64,000 bases of DNA from Eledone cirrhosa. Its lineage: Eukaryota. The stretch's first letter is position 1. Each line of letters begins with the position of its first letter. The notes under the pieces are model-generated. The model was not told the origin of the DNA. It was given only the letters and a program-made list of their open reading frames with translations, and did no database searches. Location of the stretch: NCBI GenBank assembly GCA_964016885.1, contig OZ024743.1, forward strand, positions 160,580,001 through 160,644,000, read 5' to 3'. Shown here in pieces: positions 38,699-52,178 of this stretch. Both the position numbers and the translations under genes were made by a program.

Positions 38699-39902
38699 TT
38701 CGGTCAGTTGCTGACTTGACCGATTAACCCCACAATTACTATGTAGCGGTTCTTGCACGTGACTGCTGGACCCGGATGAAACGAAGACGAAGAATTTCCT
38801 TGCGTACCGTTTTGTACCACACATGCGATCTCACCCTGCCTCGTTAATGTCTTATCGACACCAAAGTTCAACGTTCGGGCGAATAGAATTGAATCCAACC
38901 ACCAACAACATAGCTGGATGACCGATAATCACCCCAAACCGGAGTACTGTGATCCTTGTGATTTCCATATATACAACCACTGACACTGTTACGAAGACCA
39001 GAAAACCATACTCCATAATATTGAACCAAGTGACTGATTTGTGCGACCAAAATAACACCACACACATATTGAACTAGGAATATTGGATCCTCCGTCAATG
39101 TCCGGGTGAGCAAAAATAGATTTCTATCTGCATTGGAATTTACGAACTTGTGCATCTGCTGTGGTGTCAAAAACAAACGCGCATGACCGCACAGATAAAC
39201 AATGGACCACGCCACGTGGCTTGAACCCGTAAGTGAATTGAAGGTTCTGCAACTCTGATACACAGAATATTTATTATTAAGATGTATAAACTTGACATAA
39301 CTATTATCATCTTATATTCTCTCAACTAATCATACTTGATCATATTTCTCTATCCCGTTTTCTCCCCCCATAATTATTATATTTTTATTATTATTTGAAA
39401 AAATCGGTTTTTTAAAATATTCGCTTATATTTCTTTATATATTCTCTATATATATTTTTTAATCTTTATTATTTCCACTTTTATCCTCCTTTATATTTTA
39501 CCTTATTCTTACTTTTATACCTTATTATAGTGTAATCTTCCCCATGCCTTATTATACACTATTAATTATAGATTATTATTATTACTCTGTTTCCATTTCT
39601 AATTACCTCATGTACTTTCTCCTCCGCTATATATATATATATATATTGTATGCCCTTTGTGTTTGTGTAGCCTCTGCGCACCCTCTGCACCATACTATCG
39701 ACGCCACCCCATCTATGGTTCTGCTAACCACCCGACTGCCGGGAATGAATATGACCGCAGCTAGTAAACAAGGACCCACACCCTACCCTCCCGCACCAAA
39801 ATTAGACTTATCGTCCCCTACTTTTGCTCTTTACTCTCTTTACTCTTTGTTCTTGAATATTTGGTTGGTAGAGTCCATAACACCATTCAAACCCCTTTTA
39901 TA

Positions 39903-39947
39903 GCTCTGACGAATCCTACGGTTACGTCAGGAAGAAACATTGTAAGC
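39903..39947 (+). ncRNA. Minimal type I hammerhead
   Basis: GCT CTGACGA ATCCTACG-GTTA-CGTCAGGAA GAAA CATTG TA AGC. Confidence 0.8.
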
Positions 39948-39988
39948 CAATAAAAATCTTTTGATGTTGTAGACGCTCTTGTGTTCTT

Positions 39989-40032
<44 letters not shown>

Positions 40033-41769
40033 TCCCTAAAACCAGATTCTAATAATTTCTCATTCAATCCTCCTGCTGCTTCTACAGAATTCACATCTAA
40101 CTTACAATCCTCTATCCCCTTTTGAAATATTGACTCTCAACACAATACACTCACAGGATGTTTTTCAAAACACAACTTCCTACTGTGAACAAAACAAGTT
40201 ACCTTCTTTTTCCACCCAATTTTCTATCAAGAAGGTTGAAAGAAAATTGACTCCAAACATTTGATTTAAAATTTAAACACTTCGTTTTTAACTCCTATTA
40301 ATTCTTTTTAATTTTTTACACTGAACATTTGTTAAGATGGATCTTAATAATACATCGAAACGGGTAATTCTTCATAGAAAACATTTTTTTGAAAAGAATT
40401 GTCCCTCTCATTGTTTTAAATAATGTTATCTTTTCAATAATATCACTTTGACGAATCAAAAAAGAAAAACAGACCTTTAAATATACTTTCCGTGCTATTT
40501 CCAGCTTCAGCTTTTCTCTATATCCACTGTTTTGTATAGAACCTTACTTCCCTTTTTTAATATGTGTATATATATATAAATGGAAGTTTAGTAAAATTGA
40601 AGTTTCGGCGGTGGCCAAGCTAGCGATATACAGTTAGGTTTGTGCAGCAAAGCACTCAATAGGGTTTATCACCCTATAGTAATTAACATATATTAGATAG
40701 CGTGACAAATTGGAAACTGCGGCAGGCGGGCCTACCCACTTAATACCACAAAACAACGAAAATACGTTCAGGTTAGATAACAAACCTGGACCGTTTCGAA
40801 GGTTATTGTGCAATACCTTTGATAGGTTTCTATGAATCAAAAACCAACAAACCTACTTGGGCAATATGCAAGTTTGTGGTATTTGAAGACCGAACTGCGG
40901 ACTCACGTTATCAACAGGTATATGTACATACATATGTATATCACACTATGTCATGGCATCATTTCCTTCCATTGATTAGAGCAGCTTTTGCCTTGCATGC
41001 AAATGAACTTCGTCGGATGATGCTCATAAGAAAAAAACCTATAAGCTATTAGCTTATTTTAGTCTTATCTTCAAGGAAAGAATAAGCTTCTCTGACGACT
41101 GTTAAAAATCCAGAAAGGGTGCTGCTAGAACGCTCCCTTTTGTTTGGTTGCTAAATATTTTATATAGAAATGTCTCCTACAGGATTAGAATTCTTTTATA
41201 GTGTCATAGTCATGAGGATGGTGATAGAGAAGAAATATTTATTTTAATAATTGATATCTGACCGGGTTGTTTAATTTACTTCCTTTACTTTGGTACATTA
41301 CTACTTTGAGGTTAAATCCTGTTCCCCAAACCATTCTTTCAGTCTTCTGAGTTCAATAATATAAATAACAGTTATACACTATGAGTTGCTTCTCTGTATT
41401 GCCCATAAAATATGGGTGTTTGAAAGAAACACGTTACAAGATTCGTAGAGACTGCCATATAACAGAAACTTCTGGAGAACTGTCTCCACCATTTAGCTCC
41501 CATTACTGCTTCATACCATTAAGTTTCCAATTGCTCGTTAATTCATGATGAGAAAAATAAAGTTGCATATTATGAAGGATTTGTTTCGTTGAGTCAGAAG
41601 TAGCCAATATTTGTCTGTTGAAAAATGATGTGTGATAAACAAAACAAAAATAATTTTGTTCAGAACTAGTCATCCCTATGTGAAACCATATGAACAATAA
41701 CTAATCAAACATTTGTTATCTTTTAGTAGCTTTTTTTTTAAAATCATAAACTGTTGTAATATTTACAAA

Positions 41770-42180
41770 AAATGATACGCGATAGGACCCACCCACAGCC
41801 CCGGCGGACAGAATGGAGTAGGCGTTTCCCCGGAGGACGGCAAGGGAGACGCACTGCAAAAGCCACTCCAACTCGCGAGGCTCACGCCTGCGGCTGGCCA
41901 GCTCAGCGCCTATGGTGGTGAGTAAGGAGGTAGCCCTGGGGCCGAGAACACCAGAAGTTTTCACTGCCAAGGGTACGACCGCAAACCTGTCGGAGAGCGA
42001 CCGGTATTTGAGGAGTTTGGCTCCTCAGCCCGACGTACAGCAGAACCTGGGTCAGTAGCAGACTGATCCAGATTGCGGCTGCAATAAGTGTCGGTGCAAG
42101 TGGCATGCCAGACGAGGGGTTTGTCACCGCGGAACGGGAAGATGGTCATGCCATCTGGCCTTTTGCCGTCCTCTCGACCC
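41770..42180 (-). mobile_element. 3' remnant of a CRE-like non-LTR element (restriction-like endonuclease)
   Basis: GREDGKRPDGMTIFPFRGDKPLVWHATCTDT...AVKTSGVLGP...LLQCVSLAVLRGNA, a PD-(D/E)xK C-terminus. Confidence 0.8.
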
Positions 42181-44973
42181 AGTTTGTTTCAGTGTGACAC
42201 CTTGGTACTTGCTTTGCAATTGAATTTCTTGGAACAACTCAATGTGCTAATCAACACAGCTGGAATCTGTCAGAACGTATGAATTATTAAGTAAACCGTC
42301 AATTTGCTAGAGATTAGCAGCGTTGACCAAGTAATCTTAATCAGTTCGAAGAACAATGAATCTTACTTGTGATCTCAACTTTCAACAACCAGTCAATGTT
42401 CATGAATGATTGAACGGTTAAGAAGACCCTAGCTAATTGAAATCATTTGAACTTAGCTGAAGAATGAAGAATCAGTCAATAACGTGATATGGTGTTGATA
42501 TTATAGGCGACCTTTTGCTGTTTCTACATAGTATTTATAATAATTAACATTTCTGTTTGACAAACAATTATGATGGTTACAACAAGAAATGAGAGTTATC
42601 CTTTCTGGACATTAGTATAAATATACGCTACCATAAACAGGCAGCTAAAATAACAGATGTGAATATGCGCATAGCACCAAACTAGGCGACAATTTTACTT
42701 CTTTGAACCTCTTAAAATACTGTCTTTCTGTTTGATGTTGTTTTTACTGATTAGTCCCAAGTCATTCCCAATCGAGCAGATTTATTACAATGAGCATCGC
42801 CACCGTAACCACCCTTCTCTTTCAGGCATATACATTTCCTTATTTAAGATCATATCGTGTACTCTGAGACAAATTCGGCTTCTATTTTTAGTAGCAGGTC
42901 GGTGGAACCTCTGCTTTATACTATTGCTCTTTCTCAGGGTGGCTACACTGGAGGCATTTTTAATTGATGTTATTATATAAACCGGGCAGGAATTTAAGTC
43001 TTAAGAAAGAGTGCCTGATATTTAAGGGATCCTGTTGGTTTATTCAACGAAATACATATATTGAACACATTGATACGAGCTCAGTAAAGTCTCAGAAGCT
43101 GACAGAAGTACTTTAATTGCAGTATATGAAGAAGATATACCAATTCCCTGATGCTGAAATAAATTATCTACCATTTTATATTTCATTTCTCCAGTTCTCA
43201 GGTAATAAACCTAGAATTTGTTTGCTAACGATATATTGGAAATGAAAATATATTTGTTCTGTTGCTCCGTAACTTAGTTACTTCAGCAACAATGGAACTG
43301 AACATCAGCCACCACGAAGCAAAATCATTTTTTTTTTTACGTGTTAACATTTGGTGACATTGAAATACTAATAAATGTAGTAGAAAGATGTGAATATAAT
43401 ATTATTGAATTATCGTTATAGCAGTGTGTAGCAGAACCTACATCAAATTATTATTTTTTTTATGTCTTCTCTGTCCTGAAATTCACAGGACAATGAAAAC
43501 ATTGCTACTTCATGCCAACGCAGGTGACAAGAGATTTCATACCCGTAGACATTTATCAATATATTTTCCGTTTTATTCTCTGTTCCACCTGAGTCAAGTA
43601 TTTCCGTTATATGAGTCACAACGGAGCCACTGTGTAGTCCCATTATCTGCTAGAAATAGCTGCCAAATCTCTGAAAAAACATTTTGCGATCTTATAAAAC
43701 GAAAAATATATTTGATAGATAAACCATATCTAATTAAAAACAATGGTATGGACAAGGTTGAAATACCTTTGAACATAAGTCGTCTTGATCAACAATAAAA
43801 CAACTTCGGTTGACTTTTTAAAGATTTTGTAGCCGAAACTCGAATTGTATAACCAAAATGTTTTATTCGTTCCATATAGATATAAATACTGGAATATAAT
43901 AATTAAAACAAAGGTAAAAGTTTTTGACGCTTTTCTGCAATAAATGCCATTTTGTAAGTGTTGTAACCGCTCCAGTACATCATACTTTACATTGGTAGAA
44001 TAAAGTTTAAATCTGTTGACATCAACTTTTCTGTTCTGTAAAACACTCATTATTCGGAGATATTCGATATCTGATTTGTCACATCGATATGTTTCTGTAC
44101 GCGTGACCTATTCGGGTTATATATTTTTATAACTTAGTAAAAGTTGAAGCGAGTAGAAAGATGAGCTGTGTCTATAATCTTTGCAAACCCTCAACACAGA
44201 TGAAATCAATTCAGTTGAGGCCCAGCTTAAACTTGGGAAAATGGTTTCAGTCATTGAATTGTGGTTCTCCTGGGGAACAATCATCTGCAAATAGAATTTA
44301 TTATATCGATCACAGTACTTATTGTAATGACTATGAATGAATGTAAGGAGAAATGAACAGGGCGACAATTCGAACATAGAATGTAAACGGACATAACAAA
44401 TATCGTAAGTCCTTAATGTTCATATGCCCGGCACTCTCTCGTTTCTGCTATGCATCAGTCTTTATGTATAGCAAAATAAAGTGACAACTCATGCATCTTT
44501 ATTTCATGCAGTGTTGTAAAACCTCTACATACATGATGACTCGAATAGCTAAAAACAGTGGTTAAATTTTCCTTCAAATTACTTACTGTTATCTCCAAAG
44601 ACATCCCATCATTTAATCCAAGCTAATTTATCTGGTAAACTGAGGGGATGGTAATGTGTGGGATGTCTTAAACCGCAAGGCTGTTCGATCGGGTTTGATC
44701 TAGGACCTTGAGATTTTAACAAGAGCAACAATAAAACGATACCCACAACACCTGTTATCAATTAACTATCAAAACATTATTCTAACGGTCATGTTTTACA
44801 GAGCACTTCATACTTCATTGAGGAACAAATAAATGAATTATGTTGGGCAATAAAATTATCCGAATGACTAACCCACATTTAGAAATTTTGTTATAATTTT
44901 ACACTATATAATTTTTTTTATTTCTGATTAGTAAATTATAATATGTCGCCACATGTTACTCCTGATACACACG

Positions 44974-45059
<86 letters not shown>

Positions 45060-45458
45060 TAGATAAATATATATAAATAGATAGATAGATCTGCAGAAGA
45101 CAGCCGAATGAACGCGAATTGTCCTTGTGTTTGTGTTTTCTCTCACGTTTTCTAAATAATATTTATTGGTAACCACACAGCCCCGTTCTCACTTTTTAAT
45201 TCATATTAATTTAATTGTTTCTACTTTTGGCACAAGGCCAGTAAATACTCAGTACATTACTGGTACTTTAATTTAATGCTGTGACCTCCGATTCTTTCTC
45301 TCTCTTACTATCTATCACTTCTCCATTCTCTCTCTGTTCTCTCCCTCTCTCTTTAAAACTTAAGTTCCGCTATTTTGTACTAACTCATTTCTTTCTCTCT
45401 CGCACTTTCTGATTCTCTTTCTCTCTTATTATCTATCTCCTCCAAACTCAACGCCACC

Positions 45459-45537
<79 letters not shown>

Positions 45538-46045
45538 CCTCTCTCTTCTCTTACTACTTCCCCACTCTTATGCACATCCGTTTATTTCTTCCAGCACCTG
45601 TTGTTCGCTACGACCAAATACTTTATTCTCTCTCTCCCACTTGTTAGTACGGGTTCAGAACTTATGTTCGGCCTAAGTATTAACTCTTTCCTCTCTCTGC
45701 CTGGTTACTACCAAACGTTCATGTACTTCGTCTTTTCCCCTTTCTCTATCTCTATGTTTTTTTTTGTTTTTTTTGTGTCGGTCGCTTCGTTATGTGTTTC
45801 TTCCTTGATAGCTATCCATTTTAGTTTTTATCGCACTACCCTGAAATGTACTATCTTTAATGCTTCCGAAACATTAGTGATCCACAAAGACAGCCGATGA
45901 GCGGGAATTGTCCCTGTGTTTGTGTTTTCTCCCACGTTTTCTAATATTTATTGATAAGCACAAAGCACCATTCTCACTTTTTAATTCAGACACACATACA
46001 CATACACACACATATATATATGCATATATATGTATATATATATAA

Positions 46046-46217
46046 TTGTTTCTTCTTTTGGCACAAGGCCAGCAATTACCCAGTACATTACTGGTACTTT
46101 ATTTTGTCGACCCCGAAAGGATGAAAGGCAAAGTTAACCTCGGTGGGATTTGAACTCAGTCCGTAAAGGGACGTAACTATGTTGAAAAGCATGGCGTCAG
46201 ACTCTCTACCGATACTG

Positions 46218-46222
<5 letters not shown>
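46046..46222 (-). mobile_element. tRNA-derived SINE with a Nin-like central domain
   Basis: Reverse complement has the B-box GAGTTCAAATCC, then TTTGCCTTTCATCCTTTCGGGGTCGACAAAATAAAGTACCAG. Confidence 0.85.
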
Positions 46223-46281
<59 letters not shown>

Positions 46282-46585
46282 GTGTCTGTGTGTTCGTCTT
46301 GGTTATTTTCTCTGTCCATAGTCTCCCTTCTCCTTTCAATCCTAAAATAGAGTAGATAATAACAATGAGCCAGAGGAAAGAGACAGGAGTAATAATGAGA
46401 GACATAGAAACAACCATGAGGCTGTTGGTGGAAATAAAAATAGAAACAACATAAATAACAATAACAATAGCACTAGTACACATAAAGCAGCAGCCTGGAA
46501 CTCTACTTTTTATAATCCCTCCGATAAGTCGTTCAACCTGCGACGAGTCCACGCCACGACTTTAGCTTTTAACAAACGCACGCAA

Positions 46586-48868
46586 TTGCCGTCGCAGGTC
46601 GATGAACAAACAGAAGCACAATTTAGTATACCAAGATCTAAAATTAGACATATTATAGAACAGTATAGCAAGAAGCATAATAGAATGGAGGCCCAGCAAC
46701 TGGGAGAAAAATATGCAAATGGCTTGCGTAAGCTCATGCAGCGCTCGCGTAATGGAGAGATAGCATGCTTTCCAACAGACAAGTCTGACAGAATGTCGGT
46801 TGACAGTCTACCAAACTACATCCAGGCAATGCAACCCCACATCACTAACACAAGAGAAGTAACACCACAAGAGCATGAGGATAAAGAAAAAGCCCTCAAT
46901 GCCCATATGATGATGTGGACAAATATAATGCAACCCAACAAAAGGACTGCCAACAACTTCCAGGCCTGGAACAATGACGTTCCAGCGTTGTATGGGCTTC
47001 GAAAAGACCATAAAACGAGCAGTGACCCTGTCACAGGACCACCAACACGGCCAATCCCTGGAGCTAACATTGCTAGTAACTACAGACTGTCCTACTTCCT
47101 CTCCCTGATCATACGCCCCATCATTGAAATGTCCCCAGATGTATGTGACAGCACGGAGGACCTCCTCAGCAGAATCGGCGAGAGTAACCGTTCTAGGGAT
47201 CTAACAAACTGCATAATAGGTAGTATGGATGTTGTGTCCCTGTATCCATCTATTGACGTGGATTTTTCTGTGGAGAAATGCGTAGAAATGATCAGTGAGA
47301 TCAATGTTGAATTCCGTGAGATTGATACCAGTGAGCTGGGACTCCTACTTAAACTTACCTATAGTAATACTTATCTAGACACATATGACCTTAGCAACCT
47401 GTGCCCTACAAGACCAGCAAGAGGCAGACCACCTACCATTACCTCAATGGCCAAGAAAACCCACAGAGATAGATGGAACGGGTGGACCAGAGCCATACGG
47501 ACCCCCGAAAACCACGATGAACTAAAGAAAATGATTGCACATGCGGTGGGGGCCAGCATAAAATTAACCCTTAAGGAACATATGTTCAAATTTAATGGAA
47601 AAACATATGCCCAAGAGGAGGGAGCAGCCATTGGTGTTAGCATTGCAGGCGACATAGCTAACCTATTCATGGTATGGTGGGACAGTAGACTTAAACTTAA
47701 ACTTAAAGAACAATTAGAAGACCCCTTAACCCTGATAATGTACTCCCGCTACGTTGATGATATAAACATCGTAGTTAAAACACCCCCATTAGAGAACAGT
47801 CAGGAATTAGAGAAAAACAGAATGGAAAGCATCCAGAAAATAGCTAACTCCATCCACCAGAGTATTAGAGTTACTATAGACTACCCAAGCAAACACCCCA
47901 TACATCGATTACCTGTACTAGACATAGAGCTCTGGTTAGATACCATTAATAACAAAAAACAAATCCTCCATTCCCATTATGCCAAACCCATGACTTCCAA
48001 ATATCTGATCCACCGAAACTCAGCTGTTTCGGACCATACCAAAATCAACATACTGATTGCGGATTTGGTACGGGTGATGAGAAACGTGTCCCGCATGTGC
48101 AACCCCGAAGAACTAGAGAGACACATACAACACTTCATCCACCGTATGAAGTTCTCTGGTTACAATCAGAGAGATAAAATCAGAGTGTATAGAGGAGCCA
48201 GAACTAAATGGGAAAAAATGGTAAATAATGACACAAATGGGACCTGCCCCTTGTATAGGAGCAAATTTTGGAATAGAATAGAAAGAACTAGGAATAAGGC
48301 TAATAGAATAAACTCATGGTATGATAGCAATAAATAACAGAGTGTAATGTTCAGCGATACAACCCCTAGAGGTGAATTAGCTTACAAATTTAGAAGGGCC
48401 CTAGATAAACATAAACTCAATATTAAGATAGTAGAAAGATCAGGTACCTCCATAAAAACACTTATTAGCAAGACATACCCATTTCAAAGACCTCCCTGTA
48501 TAGATAATAAATGTATAATCTGTAAATTAAGCCCCCATATTAACTGTAAAACTACAAATGTACTATATAACATAAGATGTACTGAAGGACAATGTAGAGA
48601 TAAACATATAGTGTACATAGATGAGACAGCTAGTAGTATAGGGGAACGGATAAATGAACACTGGCGAGACCTTCAAGATAGTAAAGAATCATCTGTACTC
48701 TACCAACATGCTAAGGGTAAATTAGAGAACATAGAAATAAAAATAGAATCTACACACAGAAAAGACGCAATGTTTAGACAAATCACAGAGGCAATAAACA
48801 TAAATGAATTACAACCAAGATTAAATAGAAAACATGAATGGAATAGCAACATCACAACTTACAATTAA
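46586..48868 (+). pseudogene. PLE RT (583 aa open) plus GIY-YIG, split by one in-frame stop at 48335-48337
   Basis: PTDKS, LRKDHK..PTRP, GSMDVVSLYPSI, GAAIGVSIAG, SRYVDD, C..KCIIC...C and VLYNIRC...YIDETA (YIG changed to YID). Confidence 0.9.
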
Positions 48869-49081
48869 GGACAAAATGAAAACACACACGCACATAGAAC
48901 AAACAACCAACCAGTAAATAAACAAATAAACAAATAAATAAACGAATATAAACACACACAGACACCCGGATGTAACACATGCGCAAACTAAGCACGCAAC
49001 ACGCACACAAAAACAAGATGGCGTAGGACAGAACAGAGCAAAGGCAGAAAAAACAAAAAAAAACAAAGAAAAGAATCCCCA

Positions 49082-49128
49082 GTCACTGAAGAGGTCACAG
49101 AATGTGTGACGAACGAAAGAACTCTGAC
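49082..49128 (+). ncRNA. Type I hammerhead with a bulged stem II
   Basis: GTCA CTGAAGA G GTCACA-GAATG-TGTGAC GAAC GAAA GAAC TC TGAC. Confidence 0.72.
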
Positions 49129-49292
49129 AATATATAAACAACCATCTGGTTGTGGAACCAACCAACCAACCGAAAATTTATAAATTCCTAAATTTATAAA
49201 TTTATTATAATAAATTGAAGTGATACAACTGGTGCGTGTGTTTCTTATTGGCAACGTGACCCTCCCAAAGTATATATATATATATATATAAG

Positions 49293-49546
49293 GGAACAAA
49301 GAATCAGTGTTGCATCATATACATATTTAATTACATATTACATATGTTTCACTGTCGATCAACTCGAGGAACGATTTATTAATGAACGAAACTGACACGA
49401 GTGTACATGTCAAAACATATCTGAGGAGCTTCTGATTCCAGAATCAGATTCGTTCATTAATGGATTGTTCCTCGAGTTGATCGACAGTGAAACATATGTA
49501 ATATGTATTAAAATATATATATGATGCAACACTGATTCTTTGTTCC
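49293..49546. repeat. 254-bp fold-back cassette (arms about 49293-49390 and 49449-49546)
   Basis: GGAACAAAGAATCAGTGTTGCATCATAT...TTAATGAACGAA versus TTCGTTCATTAA...ATATGATGCAACACTGATTCTTTGTTCC. Confidence 0.85.
49415..49506 (+). ncRNA. Type I hammerhead with a branched stem II
   Basis: ACATAT CTGAGGA GCT[TCTGATT-CCAG-AATCAGA ... TCGA-GTTGA-TCGA]C AGT GAAA CATATG TA ATATGT. Confidence 0.8.
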
Positions 49547-49810
49547 TCATATAATGTTATTGATACTCTGCTCCTGTATTAAGCGCCGATATATCTATGA
49601 TCTTGGTTTACAGCTGATGAAGGATTTCTTCTCTTGTTTCGTCCATACTACCATCTTAAACTTTGTTTACAGTAACCACACAGCTCATTTCGTTTTTTAT
49701 AATTCTGTATTTACCGCTATAACCCCCTCTACCTGTTATGCTCGATCTGTGGTCCCACCACGCTTTCATACGACTCACCCCTTCTCTCTCTTCCCCTTTT
49801 CCCTCTCTCT

Positions 49811-49927
<117 letters not shown>

Positions 49928-50105
49928 CAATATCGGAGAAAGCTTTTTAGCGATACTCCGGCCAAATTCCAACTCACTCAACAAACATTAGGAAATAAGT
50001 GATTATATTCCCAATTATGCGTTTGGGGTGCTAACTAAAAGTATTGCGTGGAAAATTGGCTGTATTATTTCATATGAGACATATCGAATATATCTCTTCC
50101 CAGAC

Positions 50106-50205
50106 GGACGTCTCGTTTCATTATAGGACGTCTCGTTTCATTATAGGACGTCTCGTTTCATTATAGGACGTCTCGTTTCATTATAGGACGTCTCGTTTCA
50201 TTATA
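50106..50205. repeat. Perfect 20-bp minisatellite, 5 copies
   Basis: (GGACGTCTCGTTTCATTATA)x5. Confidence 0.95.
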
Positions 50206-50320
50206 TATATATATCCATCTGCTCCTATTCGATTGTTTACGACACGTTTTACAACTGTCGTAAAAATCTTTGGGATTAACTCCCTTTCTCTTCTCCCTCT
50301 CACTTCCGGTTACTCCGTCT

Positions 50321-50408
<88 letters not shown>

Positions 50409-50802
50409 ACCTTCACTTCGATTGAGATGGCACGGTACCACTAGGCTCCTGTTATCGCACCCCAGACTTCTATTCTATTCTATTTTTTCCTCGGTTACTC
50501 ACCCTCATGTTTCATTGTCCTCTGTCTCCCCCACCCCCACCATTTGGTCTGTTTAACTGTTTTTTTCTCTTTTTCCCTCTCACGTTTCCCCTTTTTTGTC
50601 TTCTTTTTTCATTTCCTTCCCTCCTGGCCTTTTGATCGATAACAGGCCTTGGGCGCGCCGCTGATCGGTTTTAGATGTCCTGTATTAAGCGCCGAAGCAT
50701 ATATATATATTATATTCAAAGTAAAGGATGTCGTGAATGATACAAAATCACATATGTCTTGTCTAAAAAAAACACGTCTCAAAAAACACGTAAAAAAACA
50801 CG

Positions 50803-50833
<31 letters not shown>

Positions 50834-50902
50834 CGTAAAATAAGAAAATCTTTTTCAAAAAAATTTTTTTTTTAAATTGTTTACTTACTTACTTAAATTT
50901 TC

Positions 50903-50984
50903 ACTCCAACTAATTAGTTTCTGCAATGGGATAAAGACAGTTACGTAATCTAACTGTCGAGAATTCATTGCGTCATCAGGGAGT
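50903..50984 (-). ncRNA. Type I hammerhead, extended stem II
   Basis: Exact reverse complement of 51536-51617. Confidence 0.82.
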
Positions 50985-51535
50985 CTATTCTCAGCTAAGT
51001 CTCCAGGCAATGCGCGGACACTGGTGGCTCATATAAAAATAATAATAATTCGGTAGATAGAACAGCTGGCGAGGACTGAATTCTATGTACTGAAATCCTC
51101 ACTGCTTCTAGTCAAATGGCCGATTCTAAAGAATCAATCACGTGACACAGAGGCTAGTCAGAAGGAATGGGATGGTAAGATGACTGACGCCTACTAACAC
51201 CCCCAAAAAAAAATTTTTTTAGAACTGGTTTTGGCAGGTTTGCTCGACAAATCAGTGATTTGGAGATAAATATAGATAATTTAATATATCAACTAACATA
51301 AGCGCACAGATGCACGCCTATGCCAGCAAATACACAGGTTATGTCATAGTACCTAGGTGGTTCAATGCAGGAGGATGCAGAACAATAATATTAGAATTGG
51401 CCATTTGACTAGAAGCAGTGAGGATTTCAGTACATAGAATTCAGTCCTCGCCAGCTGTTCTATCTACCGAATTATTATTATTTTTATATGAGCCGCCAGT
51501 GTCCGCGCATTGCCTGGAGACTTAGCTGATAATAG

Positions 51536-51617
51536 ACTCCCTGATGACGCAATGAATTCTCGACAGTTAGATTACGTAACTGTCTTTATCCCATTGCAGA
51601 AACTAATTAGTTGGAGT
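51536..51617 (+). ncRNA. Type I hammerhead, extended stem II
   Basis: ACTCC CTGATGA C GCAATG-AATTCTC-GACAGTTA-GATTACG-TAACTGTC-TTTATCC-CATTGC A GAAA CTAATTAG TT GGAGT. Confidence 0.82.
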
Positions 51618-52178
51618 GAAAATTTAAGTAAGTAAGTAAAAAATTAAAAAAAAATTTTTTTGAAAAAGATTTTCTTATTTTACGTCTTTTATATTATTGT
51701 TCTGCATCCTCCTGCATTGAACCACCTAGGTACTATGACATAACCTGTGTATTTGCTGGCATAGGTGTGCATCTGTGCGCTTATGTTAGTTGATATATTA
51801 AATTATCTATATTTATCTCCAAATCACTGATTTGTCGAGCAAACCTGCCAAAACCACTTCTAAAAGAATTTTTTTGGGGGGGTGTTAGTAGGCGTCAGTC
51901 ATCTTACCATCCCATTCCTTCTGACTAGCCTCTGTGTCACGTGATTGATTCTTTAGAATCGGCCATTTGACTAGAAGCAGTGAGGATTTCAGTACATAGA
52001 ATTCAGTCCTCGCCAGCTGTTCTATCTACCGAATTATTATTATTTTTATATTTTACGTCTTTTATATTATTGTTCTGCATCCTCCTGCATTGAACCACCT
52101 AGGTACTATGACATAACCTGTGTATTTGCTGGCATAGGCGTGCATCTGTGCGCTTATGTTAGTTGATATATTAAATTA

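Larger units (their letters stand above)
33979..39993 (+). mobile_element. Full-length PLE with YRDD RT (resembles the Hydra clade; inference): inverted pLTR 33979-34377, upstream pLTR 34397-35070, ORF, long 3' region, downstream pLTR 39415-39993
   Basis: Direct repeat 34397-34975 versus 39415-39993, an inverted partial copy, three HHR copies and (TA)n on both flanks. Confidence 0.9.
46340..49270 (+). mobile_element. 5'-truncated PLE, sister family of 14381-20117
   Basis: High peptide similarity to 17606-19630. The 3' end ...GACCCTCCCAAAGTAT resembles ...GATCCTCCCCAAGTAT and is followed by (TA)n. Confidence 0.9.

Noticed and set aside
40315-40372. CTGAACA...TTAAGAT/ATCTTAA...GAAA CGGG TA hammerhead-like string
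   Set aside because: G8 is missing and no stem I pairing is visible. At best a decayed motif.
40826-40917. Possible host exon (TTTGATAG...CAG|GTATAT) in the low-repeat region 40400-44900
   Set aside because: Weak polypyrimidine tract, no recognisable peptide and no partner exons. It needs RNA-seq or homology support.
43424-44377. Several 60-124 aa ORFs in unique-looking sequence
   Set aside because: No recognisable motifs, and the lengths are consistent with chance.
45832-45882. CACTACC CTGAAAT...CC GAAA CATTAGTG possible hammerhead
   Set aside because: The core and stems II and III cannot be completed, so it is too degenerate to call.
49610-49650. CAG CTGATGA AGGA hammerhead-like 5' box
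   Set aside because: No downstream GAAA, stem III or stem I partner.
50106-50205. Regular 20-bp repeats suggesting a CRISPR array
   Set aside because: The repeats are contiguous with no spacers, there are no cas genes, and the context is eukaryotic. It is a minisatellite.
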